NCBI RefSeq assembly: GCF_018977255.1
Contig: NW_024704743.1
Location: forward strand, 66,280,001 to 66,344,000
DNA from: Callorhinchus milii
Lineage: Eukaryota
Reading direction: 5' to 3'
DNA: 64,000 nucleotides
In this document: positions 1 through 11,492 of the stretch, in pieces
Position numbering within the stretch: position 1 is the first letter of the stretch
Layout: every line of letters starts with the position of its first letter
Made by a program: the position numbers and the translations under genes
Notes under the pieces: generated by a model
What the model saw: only the letters and a program-made list of their open reading frames with translations
What the model was told of the DNA's origin: nothing
Databases searched by the model: none

Positions 1-759
1 TCTGATGTCCCATTCCAAGTTGCTGTGGTTGAGCAAAAGTATTTTCGATGTTCTTTACTCCTGATATTTTGAAAGGTTGAACGCATTGCACAATTGGCTT
101 CCGCATTTCACCCACAAAACACACAGTCACTACACTTTACAGTATATCATGTGAAATGCTTTGAGATGTTTCGAAGACGTGATAAAGCGCTACATCAAAT
201 GCAAGGATTATTATTATTATTATTGGTGAAAATCTCTTTTGCCCCCAAAGGTATGATTTTTTCAGACAAGTTACATTGCAGTGCAATGTAATCTTTGATG
301 TTTGGCACAAATGGATAAGTATGAAATTGATTAATTATTTGCGTTCATGGCTTTCCAGTTTGCTCACTCTATCATCAGACATGATGTGGGGTGTAGTGTG
401 GTGTATGGTTTGGGGCGTGGTCTGGTGCCTCGTGTCCTGCCAGGATTTCAAAAGAAGAATGAACATTTTGGTGGTGTAGGTTTTGATTTTTCACCTCGTC
501 GTGTAAGGTTTGATGAAATATGGAGGCAGTCAAAGTGGGACATTTTGCCAGCTTCATGCTGTTATTTGACTTTAGTATTCCAACAAAGTGTGCTTTAACA
601 CTTTTGCAAGTTGCACCATTGTGTTTATATGCATTTAGGCGCTATATAAATGTAATTTTGTTACTGTATATAGTACCCTTTCCAGCATTTATATTGTGCC
701 TTTCCAGCGAGACAGCGTCTCAGAGCACTTAAAAGTGGTGGAGTTTGACACCGAGCTGG

Positions 760-1250
760 TGAGATCGAGGAGGTGACCATAGACACAGTCGAAGAGGAAG
801 GTTTTCAGGTGCAATCTAACGACTGATAAGCATGGGAAAAGGCAGAGGGATTCAGACAATGAGTCCCAGAGATTCGGCCCAGATAATGGAGTGGAGCGGA
901 TGAGTGATATGCAGAACGCTGGAGCCAGCTGAACAAAAGGCTGGGTGAATAGAGGAGTGGGTTACGAGGATTGGAGAGGTAGGGAGGTGCCAGAGCATGA
1001 AGTGATTTGTAAGTGAGTATAAGGATCCTGAAATCAATCTGCAAAAGGGAGCCAGTGGAGCCTGGCAAGGACCGGGGTGATGTGTGTGCGTGTGTGTGTG
1101 TGGAATTTGTTATAGGTGAGGACATGGGTGACAGAAGTTTGAATTAATTGGAGTTAATGAGTGGTGGAGCTGGAGAGACCGGTAAATAAGGCATTGGAAA
1201 AACCTAGGTGGGGGGGGGGGGTTGACAAAAGGTGATGATGGCTACAGTAG
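760..1250 (-). mobile_element. Old L2 3' fragment
   Basis: QIDFRILILTYKSLHALAPPYLS in ORF 805-1125. Confidence 0.7.
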
Positions 1251-3093
1251 GTGTCAGCCTGATATAGTTGGTAACACACTCGCCTCTGAGACACCTGTGG
1301 GCTCAAACTCCATGTTGAGACTTTGAGCATATGGCTGACATTCCTGGGAGAATCTTGAATGAGACGTTAGACTGAGGTAGGCATTAAAGATTCAAAAAGA
1401 GTAGGGAATTTCTCACAGTGTCCTGGCCAACAATTTTCCAGATACAATTAGTCATTCACTTCATCGATGTGGCCACTGATATTGGAGCGGACGAGGGACA
1501 TCCCCGCTTTCTGTAGTGACTGTGTGCAAACAGTGACTACAGAAAAACTCTGTGACGCAGTTTGAGAAATGTCAACATATTAAGGTGCTTTGGCAAATGC
1601 AAGGATTAATTATTATAGTGTTCACATATGATACACAGTCTCAAAGAGACTAATCTATATAGTCTTCATGCAGAAGAATTAGCTGTTTTTCTTGATCATT
1701 TTTAGGGAGTATACTGCAATTTACCACATCACTAAATATAACTTTCAGCGTTAATGCTACCAAATGTAATTTGTTGTTGTTGCTGTTTAGGAAAAAGAAA
1801 AGTTGCCAGTTTTATAAAGCTATTTAACCATGTTTACAGGACTACAACATCCATAAACTAAATAAGGCTTGGAAAGTATAGGATTCTGTGAGTAACCTAA
1901 TGGGGAGTCATTACTATGGATTTAACATGGTCCAAATAGTGTTTTTATGGGTTGCTGAATTTTTTTTATCCCCCAAAATAACCCACCGTAATTTTGAATG
2001 AACAGACAAATAGTATTATTTTAAAAAGTCCACAAATTCCATCACATATTTTGATTCCCATCACAATGCTGTGCTCGGGCTTTCGGGTCTATAATCAAAT
2101 AGTTAGTTAATAAAAAGACTGGGTTAGCTATTTCCTTTTTCTCTTGATTTCTGGAAACTTGCATGTATTTTGGATGAAGTTGTTTAATGCCTGTGTTCAT
2201 GACAACAACAAATGACGTTATATTCATTGTCCAGTCCTAGCTGTATGTAAGAGAAAATTATGCCATGAAAGGAACAATTAATCCAAGTATTTCTATATTA
2301 AGTACAATATCCTGTTACTTATCCAAGCAGACTTAAGGGAGAACATGTTTGAATATCAAGTCATTTGGATATATGAACCTTATTGTTGTTTCTCAGCTTC
2401 GCAGGCTCATTCTCTCCAACACAGGATGTAAAACAGGAATATATTGCACTTGAAAATTACAGGACACACTTTGTAATATCCTATTTCAGGATTGTACTTT
2501 GCTGCAGCACTTGGTTCCCAGAATGAGTAACCAATTGATGTAAACCTATGAAGTGGGGATTTCTCAGACTTTCTAAATGTGAGAATGTAGGAAGTAGAGC
2601 TTCTCCTACCTTCACACAGTTTCAAATAATTGAGAAATGTGGATATACGATCTTCAGATAATGAGCTGGAATATATTATTCATCTACAAATGTTACGCAA
2701 AGTATATCAATTGCATCTCTACATTGACGTTAAATGAGGTAATACCATGGGAAAGTACAAGTGCTGTTTATTAAAGTTAGCCTCTAGATTCCTCTATGCG
2801 TGGGAGAATTTAACATTGTCTCTTTACCAACATATCATCATATCCTGACTGACCCTTTGAGCACATAATGAAATACTAGTTGCTTCTTGTTGGTAATAAA
2901 AAAAACTAACTGGGAAGTAATTGCTGCTCTCACTGTTATTTCAAGTTACTTAATTTCTATAATAATAATAGTGATGCTAAACCTTAAATTTGATAAACCG
3001 CCTTCCACGGCAGGAGGATGTCTAAAGGCACTTCACAAGAGATACCGTAAAGGGTAATGTCTGTGTATTTATAGCCTTCACATCCCTGTACAT

Positions 3094-3459
3094 GGAGTCC
3101 TGTAGGGTAGTGGGGTCCTGTAGCGTATTGGTTAGAGCACCCACCTTGCAAGCGAGAGGATCCAGATTCCCAGGCTGCGTGAAATCTTGAGCAAGTTTCC
3201 TTATTCCACGCACCTCTGTTTACTTAGCAGTAAGTAGGAACCCGGTTGTTAGTCAATTGGCGGATCGCAGGGTTATTAATCCCTCAAAGAAAAATAAATG
3301 TAGTCATTCAATCCGCGATTGTTTGTGGGACACTGAAATACACAATTTCGCCCACAAAGTACACAGTCAATCCACTTTACCATATATTCTGTGAAGCGCT
3401 TTGAGACGTCTCAATAATGTGATGAGGCGCTGTAACAAATGCAAGGATTATTATTATTA
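3094..3459 (+). mobile_element. Same SINE family copy (head partly duplicated)
   Basis: GGAGTCCTGTAG head, GCAAGTTTCCTTA, TGTGAAGCGCTTTGAGACGTCTC, (ATT)n tail. Confidence 0.82.
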
Positions 3460-3975
3460 TAGCTCGGTCGAGCAATTTGATTTGGAATTGCAATAATAAA
3501 GAGGAAGTTTACATGCAGAAAGACAACAGGGTAAGGGAATAAAAAATAGATGATAAAAATTAAAAGCTAAGGAAAAATACTCTTGATCGAAGAGGAAGGG
3601 AATGTTACAAGTTTGGAGAGGCATACAGCTCAGACTAACCTGCATGCAACCCACATATCTGATAAGAAACGTGCTATTAGTTATGTGCATAAATATTCTG
3701 TTTAAGTATAAATTTTGCAGCCCACTTAGATGACAAGTTTTGATGCAACATGAAAATCCCACTGAATCAACCAACAATCTGCAATATAAGAATGGATTTG
3801 CACTGGGGATACTAGACCAATCTGATACAAGAGGATATAGTCTCCCTCTACTTTGATATGACTAGAGTTGAAAAAGTCAACTGTAAAAAGTTCAGAGATT
3901 CTACGTTGAACCATCCTTATTATTTATAAATACAACACTCCTATCCTCTCTTAAATAATAGTGAACAATTTATTG

Positions 3976-4191
3976 CAGTGGTGTGCAACCTTTATGGTTG
4001 TCCAAAATACATTTTCTTGCATGAAGATTTCTTGATTCATGCCATAAAAAACTGATTTATGCCATAAAAAACTGAAAACACACTACCGATTGAGCACGGT
4101 CTTACCGAGATTCATGCTAATGTTCAGGGGTTCGTTCTTGATGGCCCTGTGCATCACTTCCGGCCCACAGGCTATAGGTTGGCTACCACTG
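3976..4191. mobile_element. Non-autonomous hAT-type DNA transposon (MITE)
   Basis: Imperfect TIRs CAGTGGTGTGCAACCT / AGGTTGGCTACCACTG. Perfect 8-bp TSD ATTTATTG at 3968-3975 and 4192-4199. Confidence 0.85.
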
Positions 4192-4338
4192 ATTTATTGT
4201 CATTTGAACACTAGTTAGTGGAGCCCTGCAGATGACATGTAAAATCACAGAAAATACAGCATAGGAGGAGGTTGTTTGCCCCACTGAAGTACATGGATTC
4301 CTCGGAACTCATTACTGCTTGCTTACACCAGTCAAATT

Positions 4339-7300
4339 AACAATAACAAGATTGCACTTATAAAGCGCTTTCACGTCGGGAGGACGTCCCAAGGCGCTGG
4401 ACAGTTGGGTTGGGACCCAAGCAGGGGGGAAATGGTTAGGTTGAGGGGAGTGAAGGGAGGGAGCGAGGAAGGGGTAGAAAGTCGAGGGGGGAGCTGAATT
4501 AACGGTCAAAGAGAAAGGTCTTAAGACCGGCCTTGAAGGAGGAAAGGGAGGAGGCGGTGAAGGCACTGGGGGATGGAGTTCCAGAGCCCAGGGGCTGAGA
4601 GGCTGAAGGCCCGGCCACCGATGGTAGGGCGGTTGGGGCGGGGGATGTGGAACAGACCGGAGCCAGAGGAACGGAGGGTACAGGCAGGTACGTGGGGGGA
4701 TAGTAGGTCGGAGAGGTAGGAGGGTGCAAGGCCGTGAATGGCCTTGTAGGTGAGAATGAGGATCTTGAAATCGATCCTCTGGGGGATGGGGAGCCAGTGG
4801 AGGCGAGCGAGGGTGGGAGTGATGTGGTCGCGGTGCCTGGTGCGGGACAGTACACGAGCTGCAGAGTTCTGAATGACCTGCAGCTTGTGGAGGGAGGTGG
4901 CGGGAAGGCCGGAGAGGAGAGAGTTCCCATAGTCCAGCCTTGAGGTGATAAAGGCGTGGACCAGAGTTTCAGCAGCGTGAGGGGTGAGGTAGTGCCGTAG
5001 TCTGGCGCTGTTCCGGAGGAGGTGGAAGGCAGTGCCAGTTGTGGCGCGGATGTGGGGAAGAAAGAACAGCTCAGGGTCGAACAGAACACCGAGGTTCCTG
5101 ACTGGCTTTGAGAGGTGGAGAGTGCAGCCTTGGATGCTGATGCTGTCAGCGCCTGAGGTGCGGAGGCGCTGACGTGAGCCAATCAGAAGGGCCTCAGTTT
5201 TGCGCACATTGAGCTGAAGAAAGTTGTCTCTCGTCCAGGACTCGATGTCGGACAGGCAGGTTGTCAGGACATCGGTGGTCGTGGAGTTGAGGGTAGAGGA
5301 GGAAAGGTAGAGTTGGGTGTCAACCCCATGTTAACCCCATGTCTGCGGATGATGTCACCAAGGGGGAGCATATAGAGGGTGAAGAGGAGGGGACCGAGGA
5401 CAGAGCATTGAGGGACACCGCACGAGACAGTGTGGGGGCTGGAGGAAAAGCCGTTTGCAGAGACAAAATGAAGACGGTGGGAGTGGTAGGACCTAAAACA
5501 CTCAAGGACAGGGCCTTAAAGTTTGAGGTGGGAGGACAAGCGGTGGAGGAGGATAGAGTGGTCGACCGTATTGAATGCGGCCGATAGGTCGAGGAGGACG
5601 AGGAGGCAGAGGGAGCCCTGGTCGCAGATGGTCAAGATGTCATTGGTGACCTTGACCAGGGTGGTTTCCATGCTATGGGCAGCACGGAAACCCGACTGGA
5701 AGGGTTCGAAAACTGAGTGGGTGGAGAGGAAAGAGTGCAGCTGGGAGGTGACGACTCTTTCAAGAACCTTGGACAGGAAGGGGAGGTTGGAGATGGGCCG
5801 GTAGCTTGATAGCTGCAACGCATCAAGGGAGGGTTTTTTCAGTATGGGAGTGATGGTGGCAGTTTTGAGGGGAATGGGAACAGAGCCAGAGGAGAGGGAC
5901 AGGTTAATTGTGTCTGTGAGAAGTGGAGCAATGAGGTGGAGCTGAGAGATAAGGAGTGGAGTGGGGATGGGGTCCAGGGAGCAGGTGGTGGGTTTCAAGG
6001 ACAGGATGAGTTTGGTGACAAAAGGTGGGGAAACGGGTTCGAAGGTGTGTAGGGGAGGATGGGTAGGAGTCGGAGTGTGGGAGGGAAGGGGTGGGGGTGG
6101 GTGGAAGTTGGAGGGGCAGTGACCGCGGAGCGGATTCCCTTGATTTTGGATTCAAGGAAATCCAGCATCTCCTCGCAGTGAAGGTTGGCGGAGATGACCT
6201 GCGTGGGGTGGTGGGGGGGACGGAGGAGTCGGGATGTGCTGGAGAACAGAAGCCTTCGATTGTTCTTCGCCTCCAGGATTATCCTGGAGTAGAAGGACGA
6301 CTTGGCAAAGGCTAGAGTGGAGCGGTCGATTTCGAGGAGGTCCAGCCAGATTTGCCGCTGGACCGTAAGGCCAGATTTGAGGCAGGTGCATTCAGCGGCC
6401 TGCACCTAGTTCCTCAGTGAGCGGAGGTGGGTGGTGAACCAACAACAACAACAACAACAAGATTCCATTTATTGAGCGCCTTTCACGTCGGGAGGACGTC
6501 CCAAGGCGCTGTACAGTTGGGTCACGATCCGAGCAAGGGGGAAATGGTCAGGGTGAGGGGAGGGAAGGGAGGGAGGGAGCGAGGAAGGGGTAGAAAGTCG
6601 AGGGGGGAGCTGAAGGCATGGTCAAAGAGAAAGGTCTTGAGACCGGCCTTGAAGGAGGAAAGGGAGGAGGCGGCGAAGGCACTGGGGGATGGAGTTCCAG
6701 AGCCCAGGGGCTGAGAGGCTGAAGGCCCGACCACCGATGGTAGGGCGGTTGGGGCGGGGGATGTGGAACAGACCGGAGCCAGAGGAACGGAGGGTACAGG
6801 CAGGTACGTGGGGGGATAGTAGGTCGGAGAGATAGGAGGGAGCAAGGCCGTGAATGGCCTTGTAGGTGAGGATGAGGATCTTGAATTCGATCCTCTGGGG
6901 AATGGGGAGCCAGTGGAGGCGAGCGAAGGTGGGAGTGTTGTGGTCGAGGGGGAGGTAAGAGACAGTATGGGAGGTGATGGGGGCAAGAGTGTCGAGTGTG
7001 GAGGAGAGGGTGTTGTGGAGGAGGGTGAGAGCAGAATAGGGGTCAGTGAGGGATGAAGGCCAGAGGGAGAGGAGTTCAGAGGACTCCAAGGCAGCAGTTA
7101 GGGATTGTGGGGGTAACTTCTTCCAGGGGCAGTAGAAGATGGTGGTGGGTCTGGTGGAGGTGGGGAGGGGTGTGGACGTGGTGAAGGAGATGAAGTGGTG
7201 ATCAGAGACGGCCTTGTCGGTAATGGTGACATCCGAGACACTGATGCCCCAGGTGATCACCAAATCGAGTGGGTGGCCGTGAATGTGAGTGGCAGAGTTG

Positions 7301-7780
7301 ATGTGGAGGGAGAGGTTGAGCGAGGAGAGGAGGGAGGAGAAGTCCAAGGAGATGGAGCAGGAAGGGGTGAAGTGCAGGTTGACGCCGCCCAGGATGATGA
7401 AGTGATCAGAGCAGAGGCAGAGAGGTGAGGAGGGTAGAAATATCAGAGATGAAGATAGGAGAGGTTTTAGGGGGCCGGTAGAGGAAAAGAATTTTGAGTG
7501 AGAGATGGGAGGGGTGGGAGAGGGTGAGGTGCTCAAAAGAGGGGAAAGAGCCAGTGGAGTAGGGGGATAGAGCAAGTCGTGTCCTTGAGATAAGGGCTAC
7601 ACCACCGCCACGGCGGTTGGGACGGGGGATGTGGTGGGTGGTGTAGCCGGGTGGTGTAGCCTCCATGAGGGGGAAGGTGTCGCTTGGGGTGAGCCAGGTT
7701 TCAGTTAAGGCCATGATGCCAACGCTCTCATCAAGGATGAGATCGTTGATGACCAGGGCCTTGTTACAGAGGGAGCGGAC
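4339..7780 (-). mobile_element. L2-clade LINE, ~3 kb, frameshifted, interrupted by a nested L2 3' end
   Basis: APE endonuclease (ALTETWL, RGGGVALI), RT (YRPISNLPFLSKVLE, QSGFR, LLDLSAAF) and C-terminal ITSRLDYGNSLL/LHWLPIPQRIDFK. 3' end GGGACGTCCTCCCGACGTGAAAG plus a GTT/ATT-type tail. Confidence 0.92.
6441..6948 (-). mobile_element. 5'-truncated young L2 copy nested in another L2
   Basis: Nearly identical to 4340-4830 and 10950-11490; own (GTT)n tail at 6441-6459. The host reading frame resumes on both sides. Confidence 0.88.
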
Positions 7781-8404
7781 AAATTAAGATATTGGGATGT
7801 GATTATTTCCTCCAATATAACTTAACTAGGCATCAATTAGGAGTCAGAGACTGCTATATATAAAAACACATGTTTTGCTCTCCTTCTTCAAGAGCAAGTA
7901 ATAGATTTGACTGATCTAGACTGAAACAAGCTGATAGAATTGAAACTCTAACCATGCATTCCTTAAAATATTGGGTTTTATTCGAAGCACACTTCAAGGT
8001 TTCAAAAGTAAGATGCACAAAGGCATGGTTGGTGATTCAATACCTATATTGCTATTATATCTAAGCTCTTACTTGCAAGCTTATCCAGGCATTCTCAAAA
8101 TGCACAACCATGCTCTTAAAATGTTTATTAACATAAGCAAACAAAATGTTGCACAAAAAATTGGAACACTTAACAGTGTGATAATTTTAAGCATTAGCTA
8201 AATGTGCTATCGTTGGAGAATAGATGTATAATGCAGCTGAATGAGAGCTCCATTTAAAAAAAGACATGATCCGGCACTAGGCAAGACATTCCCAGACACA
8301 AATATAGGTCATGACCACAAACCACATAGCAACTACTATAGCTGAAATAATTAGTTTTCATGAAATGATTGCAGAAATACATGCCCATGAAAATAAATTT
8401 GGTC

Positions 8405-10420
8405 ACATAAATATATATAGTGCCCTCCACGCAGGGCAGTGTGTCAGAGCGCTTAACAGTGGTGGAGCCTGACTTTGAGGTGGGAGTGGGAGGTGACCGT
8501 AAGCACGGTCGAAAAGGAAGGTTTTAAGGTGGGTCTTGAAAAAGGGGAGAGAGGGGGCAAGGCAAGGAATTGAGGGAGAGTGTTCAGGGTTTTGGGACAC
8601 AGTGGCTGAAGCACGATCTCCAATGGTGCAGCGGAGGGTGCGAGGGATAAGCAGGAGGCCGGTACCAGTAGAGGGGAAGCGCCAGGTGGTGGATTGCTGA
8701 GTGAGGAGGTTGGAGAGGTAGGGAGATGCCACGGAGTGAAACGATTTGAACACGAGTGTGAAGATCTTGAAGTCGATTTGTTCGTTGATGGGAAGCCAGT
8801 GGAGCCTGGACAGAACTGGTGAGATGGGGTACGGAGTTTGGTGCTGGTCAGTGTGCCGGCAGGAGAGTTCTGAATGAGCTGGATTTTTTGAATAGTGAAG
8901 ATGGGGAGACCAGCGAGGGGTGCGTTTGAATAATCGAGGCGGAAGGTGACAAGTGCATGCACGAGGGTTTCGGCTGTTTTTGAGGTAAATTGTGGTTGGA
9001 GGCAGGCAATGTGACAGAGGTGGAGGGAGGCGGTCCTAGTCAGGGACCAGATGTAGGGGTGGAAGGACAGCTGGGGATCGAACCGGATGCCTAGATTGTG
9101 CACTGTTTTGGTGAGTCTGAGGGAGAGCCCGGGAGGTTGAGGAGTTCAGATCCACAGGAGTGAAGACGTTGACATGAGCCAAGGAGTATGGCTTCCATCA
9201 TGTCCACATTCAGCTGCAAGAAGTTTTGCACTCATCCAGGCCCCGATGTCTCCCAGACAAGCTGATGGAACATCGGCGGACCTGGAGTCGATACTGGAAA
9301 GGCAGATTTGTGTGTCATCAGCATACATGTGGAAGTTTACCCCATGTCTGTGGATGACATTGCCAAGAGGGAGCATATAGATTAGGAAAAGAAGGGGGCC
9401 AAGGATGGAGCCCTGGGTACCCCGCAGGTGACCGGGCGGGGGTGTGAAGAGAAACCATTTGCCAAGAAGAATTAGAGGCAGTTGGTTAAGTAGGACTCAA
9501 ACCATGTGTGTGTGGTCCCGCTAAGGTGGATGAGGGAGGAAAGCCGATGGATGCGTTGAACGCAGCAGAGAGTCCCAGGAGGACGAGGAGGCAGAGGGAG
9601 GCCTGGTCACAGATAGAGAGAATGCCATTTGTGACTTTGACAAGCGCTGTCTCTGTGTTGTGGGCAGAGCGACAACCAGATTGTTGGAGCTTGAGGAGGG
9701 AGTGGAGGGAGAGGTGTGACCTGCAACAATGCGATCCAAGACTTTATCAAGGAAGCTACGGTAGGTTAGAGATGGGACAGTAGTGTGCAAGATTAGAGGG
9801 ATCGAGAGTGAGTTTTTTGAGAAGGGGTGTGATAACAGCTGTTTTCAGGGGGGAGTGGAACAGAGCCTGAGGAGAGAGACTGATTGACTGTGTCGGCCAG
9901 CAGGGGGGAGAGGAGGAGTTGAGTGACCAGCTGCTGGGTGGGGAGGGGGTCAAGGCAGCGGGTGGTGAATTTCATTCAGGTGATTGTGGTTGAGAGGAAG
10001 GGAGAAATGGGGGCCAAGGAGTGTAAGGAGAGGGGAATGGCAGGAGCCGTGGCAGAGGAAGAAGGCGTGTGGATGGTTTTGGTGGGGTGGAAGGGACCAT
10101 GGGGTGGGGTGGAGGACAATGCAGCCAAGCGGATATTTTCAATATTTGAGGCGAAGAAGTCTTTGCACTTGGTGTTTGATGTAAGGATAGAGGGGGCTTG
10201 AGGGGGTGCACGGAGGAGGTGATGGATGGTGGAAAACAGAGTCTTTGGATTGTTTGTGGCCTCCAGGATGAATTTGGAGTAAAAGTCAGATTTGGCCTGT
10301 GAGAGGGAGAGGAGACAGGTGCAGAGGTGCTCGAGCCACGGTTAGCGGTGTATCATGAGGCTGGATTTCTGCCATCTCCGCTTGAGCATCTGGGTTTGGG
10401 TTTTAAGTGAGTGGAGATGT
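8405..10420 (-). mobile_element. L2 LINE, second subfamily, decayed
   Basis: RT fragments ([29 protein letters not shown]). The 3' stem ACTGCCCTGCGTGGAGGGCACT differs from the 4.3 kb family. Confidence 0.88.
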
Positions 10421-10637
10421 GCCAGGGGAAGCGACTTTACTAACAGTCCACTTTACAATATATTCTGTGAAGCACTTTGAGGCGTCTCAATGATGTGATA
10501 AGGCATTATATCAAATGCAAGGATTATTATTATTAGAAAATGCATCGCTGTAAACAAAGATTAGCGAGACAAAAGGAGTGATTTCAGTCTCAGCTGAGGT
10601 AGTAACACACTAAATCCATGTACATATACTTGTACAT

Positions 10638-11492
10638 ATCAGCATCCAAGGCTGCACTCTCCACCTCTCAAAGCCAGTCAGGAACCTCGGTGTTCTCTTC
10701 GACCCTGAGCTGTCCTTTCTCCCTCATATCCGCACCACAACTGGCACCGCCTTCCATCACCTCCGGAATGTCGCCAGACTACGGCACTACCTCACCCCTC
10801 ACGCTGCTGAAACTCTGGTCCACGCCTTTATCACCTCAAGGCTGGACTATGGGAACTCTCTCCTCGCCAGCCTTCCCGGCACCTCCCTCCACAAGCTGCA
10901 GGTCATTCAGAACTCTGCAGCTCGTGTACTGTCCCGCACCAGGCTTCGCGACCACATCACTCCCACCCTCGCTCACCTCCACTGGCTTCCCATCCCCCAG
11001 AGGATCGAATTCAAGATCCTCATCCTCACCTACAAGGCCATTCACGGCCTTGCTCCCTCCTACCTCTCTGACCTACTATCCCCCTACCTACCTGCCCGTA
11101 CCCTCCGTTCCTCTGGCTCCAGTCTGCTCCACATCCCCCGCCCCAACCGCCCTACCATCGGTGGACGGGCCTTCAGCCTCTCAGCCCCGAGGCTCTGGAA
11201 CTCTATCCCCCAGTGCCTTCGCCGCCTCCTCCCTTTCCTCCTTCAAGGCCGGTCTCAAGACCTTTCTCTTTGACCGAGCCTTCAGCTCCCCTCTCAACTC
11301 TCTACCCCCTCCTCGCTCCCTCCCTTCCCTCCCCTTACCCTGACCATTTCCCCCCTCCTCGCTCCCTCCCTTCCCTCCCCTTACCCTGACCATTTCCCCC
11401 CTTCTTGGGTCCTGACCCAACTGTACAGCACCTTGGGACGTCCTCCCAACGTGAAAGGTGCTCAATAAATGGAATCTTGTTGTTGTTGTTGT
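10638..11492 (+). mobile_element. 5'-truncated young L2 copy
   Basis: High identity to the reverse complement of 4340-5135; ~47-bp tandem duplication in its 3' UTR; (GTT)n tail. Confidence 0.9.
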
